Positions 56,751-64,000 of a stretch of 64,000 nt of DNA are shown one piece after another (position 1 is the stretch's first letter; each line of letters opens with the position of its first letter). The stretch lies in contig JAZKDN010000014.1 of assembly GCA_040387595.1 (NCBI GenBank), positions 9,082-73,081 on the forward strand, given 5' to 3'. The position numbers and the translations under genes were made by a program. The stretch comes from Pseudomonadota bacterium. GTDB taxonomy: Bacteria > Pseudomonadota > Alphaproteobacteria > Sphingomonadales > Sphingomonadaceae. Under the pieces are notes generated by a model. That model did not search any database. It had not been told where the DNA came from and worked only from the letters and a program-made list of their open reading frames with translations.

Positions 56751-57168
56751 GCGATGCTCGGCGCGACAGCATCGCAACGAGGATGAAGCCGCCCACCAGC
56801 CCGAGATGCTCGAAGAAGGCGTTGGTCGCCATGAAACGCTCTGCGCCCGTCATCGTCCAGAAGGCATTGGCGACGATCGCCGCGGACAGCGTGAAGACGC
56901 CCAGCATCCCCGTACCCAGCCAGACGAAGCGGTTGGCGAGGATCAGCGCAGGCCCAAGCAGTTCGACCACGATCGTGATCGCCGCGAACAGCGCGGCGGG
57001 CTGGACGCCGAAATGCGCCTGTTCGGCGACCGCGCCCTGCCAGTCGATGAGCTTGGTCAGGCCACCGATGAGATAAGGACCGACGAGGGCCAGCCGCGCG
57101 ATCAGCGCGGTCACCGGCCAATCGAGGATCATGGCGACGAAGCGGGGCGTTTCGCGGTCTCGGATCAT
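56737..57168 (-). CDS. DoxX-family membrane protein
   Basis: Four TM segments with ARLALVGPYLIGGLTKL...ELLGPALIL. The stop overlaps the porin start by 14 nt. Confidence 0.75.
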   Translation of the reverse strand: MIRDRETPRFVAMILDWPVTALIARLALVGPYLIGGLTKLIDWQGAVAEQAHFGVQPAALFAAITIVVELLGPALILANRFVWLGTGMLGVFTLSAAIVANAFWTMTGAERFMATNAFFEHLGLVGGFILVAMLSRRASHAPA

Positions 57169-57199
57169 GGTGATTTTCCCTTCGGAACAGGACGAGCGA

Positions 57200-59131
57200 T
57201 CACACCGCCCAGCAGCCGCACCCCATCGTGCCCCAGAAGGTCTGGACGTCGGCGGTCGGCACAGTCGCGCCCAGCGCGGCGGCATGGTCATGCCCATGGA
57301 CGTTGCACGACGCGGCGCAGCCACAGGCCGAGGCCATCTTCACCCGCGCCTCGGGTGCCCGCCAATAGCCGCCGAAGGTGGCGACCGGGGACCAGTCGGG
57401 CATCGCCTTCGGGGCCTCCGGCGCGAGCGTGGCAAAGTCGCCTTCGCCGTAGACGATCCGGCCGCCGAGCATCGTCAGCACCGCGTTCAGGCCGACAATC
57501 TTGTCCTCGGGCACCGCGAAATAATCGTCGGAAAGGAGCGCGAGGTCGGCGAGCTGACCAGCCTTGATCTGCCCCTTCTTGCCCTGTTCGTTCGAGAACC
57601 AGGTGTTCGCCTCGGTCCAAAGCCGCAGCGCGGTCTCGCGGTCGAGGCGGTTGGCGACCGGATAGAGCCGCAATCCGCCGACCGTCTTCGAAGTGACCAG
57701 CCAGCTCAGCGAAACCCAGGGATTGTAGCTGGCGACGCGGGTCGCGTCGGTTCCGGCACCGACCGGCAGGCCGGCGGCCATCATCCGCTTGATCGGCGGG
57801 GTCCGCTCGGCGGCCTTCGCACCGTAGCGCTCGACGAAATATTCGCCCTGATAGGCCATGCGGTGCTGGACGGCGATGCCGCCGCCGAGCGCGGCGATCC
57901 GGTCTATGTTGCGCTCACTGATCGTCTCGGCATGGTCGAAGAACCAGTTGAGCCCCTGCAGCGGAATGTCGCGGTTGACCTTCTCGAACACATTGAGGGC
58001 GCGGTCGATCGTCTGATCGTAGGTCGCGTGCAACCGCCAGGGCCAGCGCCGCTCGGCGAGCAGGCGGATGACGGGCTCGAGGTCGCTTTCCATGTTCGCC
58101 GGCATGTCGGGCCGCTCGACGCGGAAATCCTCGAAATCGGCGGCCGAATAGACCAGCATCTCGCCAGCACCATTGTGGCGGTAGCTGTCGTCGCCATCGC
58201 CCGGCTTTACCTTGGTCGACCAGGTGGCGAAGTCCTTCAGCTCTTCCTTCGGCTTCTGGGTGAAGAGGTTATAGGCGATGCGCAGCGTCAGCTGGTCGTC
58301 CTGATGCAGCTTCTCGATGATCTCGTAATCGTCTGGATAATTCTGATAGCCGCCGCCCGCGTCGATCACGCTGGTGACGCCGAGGCTGTTGAGCTCGCGC
58401 ATGAAATGGCGGGTCGAGTTGACCTGATATTCGGGCGGGAGCTTCGGACCCTTGGCGAGGGTCGCATACAGAATCGTTGCGTTGGGCTGCGCCAGCAGCA
58501 GTCCGGTCGGATTGCCCTGCGCATCGCGGACGATTTCGCCGCCCGGCGGGTTCGGCGTGTCTCTGGTATAACCCACCGCGCGCAGGGCCGCGGCGTTAAG
58601 CAGGGCGCGGTCGTAAAGATGGAGAATGAACACCGGCGTTTCGGGCGCCGCGGCGTTGATCTCCTCGATCGTCGGCAGGCGCTTCTCGGCGAACTGATGC
58701 TCGGTGAAGCCGCCGACCACGCGCACCCATTGCGGCGGCGGGGTGTTCTCGGCCTGGGTCTTGAGCATCGCCATCGCATCGGCCAGGCTCGGCACGCCTT
58801 CCCAGCGCAGTTCCATATTATAGTTCAGTCCGCCGCGGATGACGTGGATGTGGCTGTCGATCAGGCCGGGGATCAGGCGGCGACCCTTCGCGTCGATCCG
58901 CGTTGCGTGGGGGGCGGCGGCGCGGACCTCGGCCTCGCTTCCAACCGCCAGGAACTTGCCATCGCGGATCGCCACCGCTTCCGCCACAGGATTGGCGCGG
59001 TCCAGCGTCGTGACCTTGGCGTTGGTGATGATGATGTCCTGGGGTTTCATGGCGAGAGCTTCCTTGGCGGCGGTTGTGGCGAAAGTGGCTGCTGCTGCGG
59101 CGAGGGCCTGGCGGCGGCTAAGGCGGGTCAT
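57200..59131 (-). CDS. Tat-exported amidohydrolase-3 family metal-dependent hydrolase
   Basis: Twin-arginine leader MTRLSRRQALAAAAATFATTA. Metal motif GLIDSHIHVIRGG. 643 aa. Confidence 0.85.
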   Translation of the reverse strand: MTRLSRRQALAAAAATFATTAAKEALAMKPQDIIITNAKVTTLDRANPVAEAVAIRDGKFLAVGSEAEVRAAAPHATRIDAKGRRLIPGLIDSHIHVIRGGLNYNMELRWEGVPSLADAMAMLKTQAENTPPPQWVRVVGGFTEHQFAEKRLPTIEEINAAAPETPVFILHLYDRALLNAAALRAVGYTRDTPNPPGGEIVRDAQGNPTGLLLAQPNATILYATLAKGPKLPPEYQVNSTRHFMRELNSLGVTSVIDAGGGYQNYPDDYEIIEKLHQDDQLTLRIAYNLFTQKPKEELKDFATWSTKVKPGDGDDSYRHNGAGEMLVYSAADFEDFRVERPDMPANMESDLEPVIRLLAERRWPWRLHATYDQTIDRALNVFEKVNRDIPLQGLNWFFDHAETISERNIDRIAALGGGIAVQHRMAYQGEYFVERYGAKAAERTPPIKRMMAAGLPVGAGTDATRVASYNPWVSLSWLVTSKTVGGLRLYPVANRLDRETALRLWTEANTWFSNEQGKKGQIKAGQLADLALLSDDYFAVPEDKIVGLNAVLTMLGGRIVYGEGDFATLAPEAPKAMPDWSPVATFGGYWRAPEARVKMASACGCAASCNVHGHDHAAALGATVPTADVQTFWGTMGCGCWAV

Positions 59132-59325
59132 GCGTTTCGGCCGATGGCAGCCGCCTCGATCCGGGTGACGATCCGCTTGGCGACCGGCGGCAATTGCTCG
59201 CCGATCAGGATGCCGAGCAGACCGATCAGGGCGATTGCGGGCGGCGCGGGGGAACGGACACCAAGCAGGCTGTAGAGCAGGCCTGCGAGAAGCCCGGCGC
59301 CCATCGAAAGCAGATAGGGTTTCAT
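59128..59325 (-). CDS. XapX-domain (DUF1427) small membrane protein
   Basis: MKPYLLSMGAGLLAGLLYSLLGVRSPAPPAIALIGLLGILIGEQ matches the XapX pattern. 4-nt overlap with the amidohydrolase start. Confidence 0.8.
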   Translation of the reverse strand: MKPYLLSMGAGLLAGLLYSLLGVRSPAPPAIALIGLLGILIGEQLPPVAKRIVTRIEAAAIGRNA

Positions 59326-59351
59326 GGCGTCCGTTCCTTCCGTCGCTCGGG

Positions 59352-60191
59352 TCAGGCCTGGATGAAGGCGAGGATGTCGGCGTTCAGAACGTCGGCATTC
59401 ACCGTAAGCATGCCGTGAGAATAGCCTTCGTAAACCTTGAGGGTCGCAGCGGGCAGCAGCTCTGCCTGAAGCAGGGCCGCATTCTTGTACGGAACGACCT
59501 GATCGTCGTCGCCGTGCAGCACCAGCGTTGGCACCGTGATCACTGTCAGGTCATCCGTCTGGTCGGTCTCGGAAAACGCCTTGATGCCTTCATAATGGGC
59601 CTGTGCGCTGCCCGTCATGCCCTGGCGCCACCAATTGTCGATGATCGCAGGCTTCACGTCGGCGCCTTCGCGGTTGAAGCCGTAGAAGGGGCCGGCTGCG
59701 ACGTCCCGGAAGAATTGCGAGCGATTGGCGGCGAGGCCGGCGCGCAGGCCGTCGAACACCTCGATCGGCAGGCCACCCGGATAGCGATCCGTCTTCAACA
59801 TGATCGGCGGAACCGCGCTCACCAGGACCGCCTTGGCGACACGCCCCTGGGGGATACCGTGGCGGGCGACATAGGCGGCCACTTCGCCACCGCCGGTCGA
59901 ATGCCCGATATGGACGGCGTTGCGCAGGTCGAGATGCTCGACCACCGCTGCCGCATCGGCGGCATAATGGGCCATGTCATGCCCGAAATCGACCTGTGCC
60001 GAGCGGCCATGGCCGCGACGGTCATGGGCGACGACCCGATAGCCCTTCGACAGAAAGAAGAGCATCTGCGTGTCCCAGTCGTCCGACGACAGCGGCCAGC
60101 CATGGTGGAACATGATCGGCTGGGCGTCCTTGGGGCCCCAGTCCTTGTAGAAGATCTGGACGCCGTCCTGGGTGGTGACGAAATTGCTCAT
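59352..60191 (-). CDS. Alpha/beta hydrolase (non-haem haloperoxidase / arylesterase type)
   Basis: QIFYKDWGPKDAQPIMFHHGWPLSSDDWD, nucleophile IGHSTGGGE. ATG 60191 is residue 44 of the track ORF. Confidence 0.9.
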   Translation of the reverse strand: MSNFVTTQDGVQIFYKDWGPKDAQPIMFHHGWPLSSDDWDTQMLFFLSKGYRVVAHDRRGHGRSAQVDFGHDMAHYAADAAAVVEHLDLRNAVHIGHSTGGGEVAAYVARHGIPQGRVAKAVLVSAVPPIMLKTDRYPGGLPIEVFDGLRAGLAANRSQFFRDVAAGPFYGFNREGADVKPAIIDNWWRQGMTGSAQAHYEGIKAFSETDQTDDLTVITVPTLVLHGDDDQVVPYKNAALLQAELLPAATLKVYEGYSHGMLTVNADVLNADILAFIQA

Positions 60192-60279
60192 GAGACGATC
60201 CTTTCGAGTTGGTAGGCCATCGGGAAAATCAGGTAAGCGGTGCGGCCGGCGAAGGTGAAGCGCCGGCCGCGGAACGATA

Positions 60280-60939
60280 TCAGTGATTGCCTTCGGATGC
60301 GTTGAACATCGCCTTGGCATAGGTGATGCCGAGGCCGTAGGATCCGCCCCATTTGCGGGCGACGCCCGTCGTCATGTCGTAGCTGTCGGTGCGGGCCCAA
60401 TCGCGCTGCAGTTCGAGCAGATATTGGAGCGAGGTGATCGGGCGGGCCCCGGCCTGGATCATCCGCGCGACCGCGCGCTCATGCGCCTCGTCGGAGATGT
60501 CGCCGCTGGCGTCGGTGATGACATAGACCTCGAAACCCTGGTCGAGCGCCGAGAGCGCAGGGCCGACGATGCAGACCGAGGTCCAGAGACCTGCGAAAAC
60601 GATGCGGTCCTTGCCGATCCGGTTCACTTCCTCGATCACGCCCGCGTCTTCCCAGGTGTTCATCGAGGTGCGGTCGAGCAGTTTCTGGCCTGGAAAGGCA
60701 TCGGTAATCTCGCTGAACATCGGGCCGGAGAAGCTCTTTTCGGCGACGGTGGTCAGGATGGTGGGGACGTTGAAACCGGCGGCTGCGTTCGACACCAGCG
60801 CGGCGTTGTTGCGAAGAAGCTCGGCGGAGATCGACTTGGTGGCGAAGGCCATCTGCGACTGGAAGTCGATCAGGACGAGGCTGTGGTTGGTCGGCGACAG
60901 CAGGGTCTTGCCGGGGGTCGCGGTGGCGGTGATGGTCAT
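60280..60939 (-). CDS. Isochorismatase-family cysteine hydrolase (YcaC-like)
   Basis: LVLIDFQ..., catalytic cysteine context FAGLWTSVCIVGPAL. Confidence 0.85.
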   Translation of the reverse strand: MTITATATPGKTLLSPTNHSLVLIDFQSQMAFATKSISAELLRNNAALVSNAAAGFNVPTILTTVAEKSFSGPMFSEITDAFPGQKLLDRTSMNTWEDAGVIEEVNRIGKDRIVFAGLWTSVCIVGPALSALDQGFEVYVITDASGDISDEAHERAVARMIQAGARPITSLQYLLELQRDWARTDSYDMTTGVARKWGGSYGLGITYAKAMFNASEGNH

Positions 60940-61009
60940 GATGTCGGTTCCCTTAGTTCGATCCAGCGCCCGGTTCGTTCGGGCTGAGAGGAGAATTAGG
61001 CCGACGCGA

Positions 61010-61027
61010 TCATTCTAAACAGAATGA
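61010..61027. promoter_or_regulatory. Perfect inverted repeat TCATTCT-N4-AGAATGA in an AT-rich divergent promoter region
   Basis: 7-bp perfect arms. A further AGAAT...ATTCT pair at 61021-61048 overlaps it. It sits between the isochorismatase-operon start (60939) and the serine-hydrolase start (61208). Confidence 0.45.
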
Positions 61028-61207
61028 TAAAATTTGTATAACTATTCTATAAAATCGAAAAGCAGATGATGCCGATTGCGGACTCATCGCGCCGCCCGCG
61101 CCTCCGTTTCCGAATTGGAAACATGTTGCCGTTCAGGACAACAAGTTCTAACCAGGACCAAATCAAAGCTATTGGCCGGTGGCGCATCCGGCGTCTGGGA
61201 GCGTGAA

Positions 61208-63184
61208 ATGAGGGCGAGGCATTGGGTCGCGGGCATTCTGGCCTGTATATTGGCGACGGCGGCATTCTCCACCGCGCAGAGGCGGTCGACCTCACTGCCC
61301 GCCCCCGCCGCCGCTCCCGTCCCTGCCCCGGCAGCCGACCGACCCTCGAATACGCCGCAGCTGACCGCAGCCGATGTCGGCGCCTGGGCGGACGGCTACA
61401 TGCCGGCTGCACTCCGGCAGGGAAAGATCGCGGGCGCACAGATCGTCGTCGTCAAGAACGGCCAAGTCCTTTTCAAGAAGGGCTATGGCTATGCCGACGT
61501 CGCCGCTCAGCGGCCGATGGACCCTGATGCCATTCTCATGCGGATCGGATCGACGTCGAAACTGCTGACCTGGACCGCCGTCCTGCAACAGGTCGAAGCC
61601 GGAAAGATCGACCTTACAGCCGATGTGAACCGCTATCTCGACTTCAGGATTCAGCCGAAAGACGGCGGGATGGTGACGATGAACGACCTGATGAACCATC
61701 GCGCCGGCTTCGAGGAAGGCCTGAAGGACGTGCTCGCGACCGATCCGGCAAAGCTGAAATCGACCGAACGCTATCTGAAGGAAAATGTCCGGCCGTTCCT
61801 GTTCGCGCCCGGCGAAGCCCCCGCCTATTCCAACTATGGCGTCGCGCTGGCCGGCTATATTGTCCAGCGAGTCTCGGGCGAGCGGTTCGAGGATTATGTC
61901 CAGCGGCACATCCTGGCCCCGCTGAAAATGACGCGGACGACGTTCGTCCAGCCGCTTCCCCCCACGCTCGCTCCATTCGCCTCTAAAGGCTATCGCCAGA
62001 GCGACCAGCCCGCGTCGAAATTCGAGCTGGTCGAAACCGCTCCAGCCGGCAGCGTCAGCGCCACGGGCGCCGACATGGCGAACTACATGATCGCCATGCT
62101 CCAAAATGGCCGGTTCGATACAAGCCGCATCCTTCGCCCCGAAACCGCGCGCCTGATCCGCACGCCCGGCATCGCGTCGGCACCGGGCTTCGATGCGATG
62201 GCGCACGGCTTTTTCCATCAGCAGCGCAACGGCCGGCTCGTCATCGGGCATGGCGGTGACACCATCGCCTTTCACACCGACCTGAATCTGCTGCCGGACG
62301 AGAATGTCGGAATCTTCGTCAGCTTCAACAGCCGCGGCGAAGACAATGCGGTCTATGGCGCACGCGAGCGACTGTTCGCGTTGTTCATGGACCGCTATTT
62401 CCCGGCCCCCTTCCCCACGACTCCCCCCGCCATCGCCACCGCGGCCGCCGATGCGCAGGCGATTGCCGGCCATTATGAAACGTCGCGCCGGGTCGAAACC
62501 GGTTTCATCAGCCTGTTCTACCTGATGCAGCAAGACCAGGTGGTGGCGAACGACGACGGGACGGTCAGTGTCTCATCGATCGAAGGCAAGCGCTTCCGGG
62601 AGATCGCGCCGAAGCTTTGGCGCGAGGTTGGCGGACGGCGGCAACTGGCCGTCACGACGCTCGCCGGGCGACGTGCGATCATCGACAGCGCCAATCCGGT
62701 CGGCATGATGCAGGCAGCGCCATTTTCCCGGAATTCCGCGGTGTTCCTGTCGATCGCCGGCGCTTCGGTCCTGGTGCTGCTGCTGACCGTCATCGTCTGG
62801 CCGATCGGCGCGTGGATCCGTCGGAGCTATCAGCAGCCGCCCCTGGCCACGGGCCGCACCGCACTGGCGCGCCGCCTAACGCGGTTCGCCGCCTTGGCCA
62901 ATCTCGCTTATCTCGCGGCCTGGTACACGATCGTCGCGCCGGTCCTGGAAACTCAGCTCGACGCCTATAATGCGGACCTCGACGGCGTCATCCGCACGCT
63001 GCAGGTCGCCGCGATCGTGCCGGTCGCCGCTCTGGCGATCGGGCTGTGGAACATGGCGCTGGCGTTCCGGGGGTCGTTCGCCTGGGGCGTGCGCATACGC
63101 AGCGTGATCATCGCACTGGCTCTGCTCGGCTTCCTGTGGACCGCGGCGATGTCGGGCTTCATCGGATGGAGTCTCAACTATTGA
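61208..63184 (+). CDS. Beta-lactamase-fold serine hydrolase with a C-terminal four-TM membrane domain
   Basis: Signal peptide. SxxK (GSTSKLLTW), YxN (YSNYG) and an HGG triad-like element (IGHGGDT). Hydrophobic C-terminal ~150 aa. Confidence 0.85.
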   Translation: MRARHWVAGILACILATAAFSTAQRRSTSLPAPAAAPVPAPAADRPSNTPQLTAADVGAWADGYMPAALRQGKIAGAQIVVVKNGQVLFKKGYGYADVAAQRPMDPDAILMRIGSTSKLLTWTAVLQQVEAGKIDLTADVNRYLDFRIQPKDGGMVTMNDLMNHRAGFEEGLKDVLATDPAKLKSTERYLKENVRPFLFAPGEAPAYSNYGVALAGYIVQRVSGERFEDYVQRHILAPLKMTRTTFVQPLPPTLAPFASKGYRQSDQPASKFELVETAPAGSVSATGADMANYMIAMLQNGRFDTSRILRPETARLIRTPGIASAPGFDAMAHGFFHQQRNGRLVIGHGGDTIAFHTDLNLLPDENVGIFVSFNSRGEDNAVYGARERLFALFMDRYFPAPFPTTPPAIATAAADAQAIAGHYETSRRVETGFISLFYLMQQDQVVANDDGTVSVSSIEGKRFREIAPKLWREVGGRRQLAVTTLAGRRAIIDSANPVGMMQAAPFSRNSAVFLSIAGASVLVLLLTVIVWPIGAWIRRSYQQPPLATGRTALARRLTRFAALANLAYLAAWYTIVAPVLETQLDAYNADLDGVIRTLQVAAIVPVAALAIGLWNMALAFRGSFAWGVRIRSVIIALALLGFLWTAAMSGFIGWSLNY

Positions 63185-63191
63185 GGCCCGG

Positions 63192-63665
63192 CTAGGCCGA
63201 TGTCAGCGGCAATTCGGTGGTGGACTTGATCTCCGACAGCGCGACGATCGAATTGATTTCCTGTATGCCGGGCACCCGTGACAGCTTGTCGAAGAAGAAG
63301 CGCTCATAGGCATCGACATCGGCGGCGACGATCCGCAGGAGGAAGTCGATCGGTCCCATGGTGACATAACAGTCGAGCACTTCGGGAAAGCCACGGATGG
63401 CCTCGCTGAACTCTTCGAGATGCGAGCGGCCATGCGCGTTGAGCTTGACCTGCGCAAAGATCTGGGTGTTCAGCCCTACCTTGCGGCGATCGACCAGCGC
63501 GACCTGCGCTTTGATGTAACCATCTTCCCGCAAGCGCTGGATACGCCGCCAGCATGGCGACGGCGAGAGGCCGACGGCCTCGGATATTTCGGCGGTCGAT
63601 TGATCGGCATTTCGTTGCAGCAAGGCCAGGATCTTCCGATCGAAGGCGTCGAGTTCTGCCGCCAT
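63192..63665 (-). CDS. Lrp/AsnC-family transcriptional regulator
   Basis: LDAFDRKILALLQRNADQSTAEISEAVGLSPSPCWRRIQRLREDGYI plus a RAM domain. Confidence 0.95.
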   Translation of the reverse strand: MAAELDAFDRKILALLQRNADQSTAEISEAVGLSPSPCWRRIQRLREDGYIKAQVALVDRRKVGLNTQIFAQVKLNAHGRSHLEEFSEAIRGFPEVLDCYVTMGPIDFLLRIVAADVDAYERFFFDKLSRVPGIQEINSIVALSEIKSTTELPLTSA

Positions 63666-63787
63666 ATTTCCGCGCTCCTTGGCTTTCCGCGAAAATCATA
63701 CCGCCAATTGCCAGATCAGAGCAAGAATGATGCGAGGACATAACGCAGAGGGAACAACTTTCCCGACTTCGGGCGCACATTCAGAAC

Positions 63788-64000
63788 CTAATTGTGGCGC
63801 GGCGCCATGCTGTTGCGCCACTCGCGCGGCGACATGCTGAAACGCGAGCGGAAGGCGCGGCTGAAATGCGCGGCGTCCTTGAAGCCGACGTCGAAGCCGA
63901 TCGCCGTTACCGACAGATGCGCCAGCAGCGGATCGGCCAGGTCGCTCTTCGCCTGCTCCAGGCGGCGCGACCAGATCCAGTCGGACACCGTCATCGACGA
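63788..64000 (-). CDS. AraC-family transcriptional regulator, C-terminal HTH (5' part outside the window)
   Basis: VTAIGFDVGFKDAAHFSRAFRSRFSMSPREWR is the second AraC HTH. The frame stays open to the window edge. Confidence 0.85.
   Translation of the reverse strand, partial: SSMTVSDWIWSRRLEQAKSDLADPLLAHLSVTAIGFDVGFKDAAHFSRAFRSRFSMSPREWRNSMAPRHN

Noticed and set aside
61031-61043. TTTGTATAAC here, and ATTATACAGA near 52935, resemble parts of the 21-bp operator at 5860/5979.
   Set aside because: Only 8-9 nt are shared, the dyad partner is missing, and both sites lie in AT-rich promoter DNA where such strings are expected by chance.

Overview
High-GC window with G/C-rich third codon positions (judged by eye, not computed). 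Gene content looks alphaproteobacterial, possibly Sphingomonadales; that taxon call is inference. Coding is dense, about 60 genes. I found no rRNA, intact tRNA, CRISPR array, IS element, integrase or phage gene. Many track ORFs are antisense shadow ORFs or spurious 5' extensions, so I trimmed starts using domain boundaries, neighbouring stops and RBS or overlap logic.

Blocks from left to right:
1. GntR tail, MFS transporter, S9 peptidase and TonB-dependent receptor, divergent from a six-gene operon of thioesterase, SDR, BKACE, OCD/mu-crystallin and two-subunit aconitase X. The shared promoter region holds two identical 21-bp dyad operators.
2. sdaA.
3. An aminoacyl-phosphatidylglycerol envelope block: two coupled AcvB/VirJ hydrolase genes, an OmpR-type two-component pair coupled to PDZ and DUF1003 genes, a VirJ gene remnant, DUF2147 coupled to mprF, and an orphan receiver.
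4. A yeiH-sorA-sorB (sulfite dehydrogenase) operon with a divergent YeiE-like LysR gene.
5. Two divergent Crp-family paralogs around a DUF6894 gene, plus several small conserved hypotheticals.
6. An orphan GroEL paralog preceded by an internally deleted 29-codon groES remnant, a sigma32-type promoter and an 18-bp perfect palindrome.
7. scoAB, then a catR / catBCA-pcaIJD beta-ketoadipate cluster.
8. A visibly lower-GC four-gene phosphorelay, followed by a degenerate non-coding stretch with a tRNA T-arm-like motif.
9. An OsmC, hydrolase-OsmC, pirin, pirin, LysR stress cluster.
10. A lower-GC patch with an orphan GIY-YIG-like gene.
11. A six-gene envelope and hydrolase operon: isochorismatase-like, alpha/beta hydrolase, XapX, Tat-amidohydrolase, DoxX and an alginate-export-type porin.
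12. A membrane-anchored beta-lactamase-fold hydrolase, Lrp, and a partial AraC gene.

The best candidates for undescribed biology are the BKACE + AcnX/OCD composite operon with its uptake arm and twin operators, the DUF1003-PDZ-TCS / VirJ / DUF2147-MprF lipid-remodelling neighbourhood, the degenerate groES-groEL unit, and the XapX/DoxX/porin hydrolase operon. All functional calls rest on motif recognition by eye. No database search was run.
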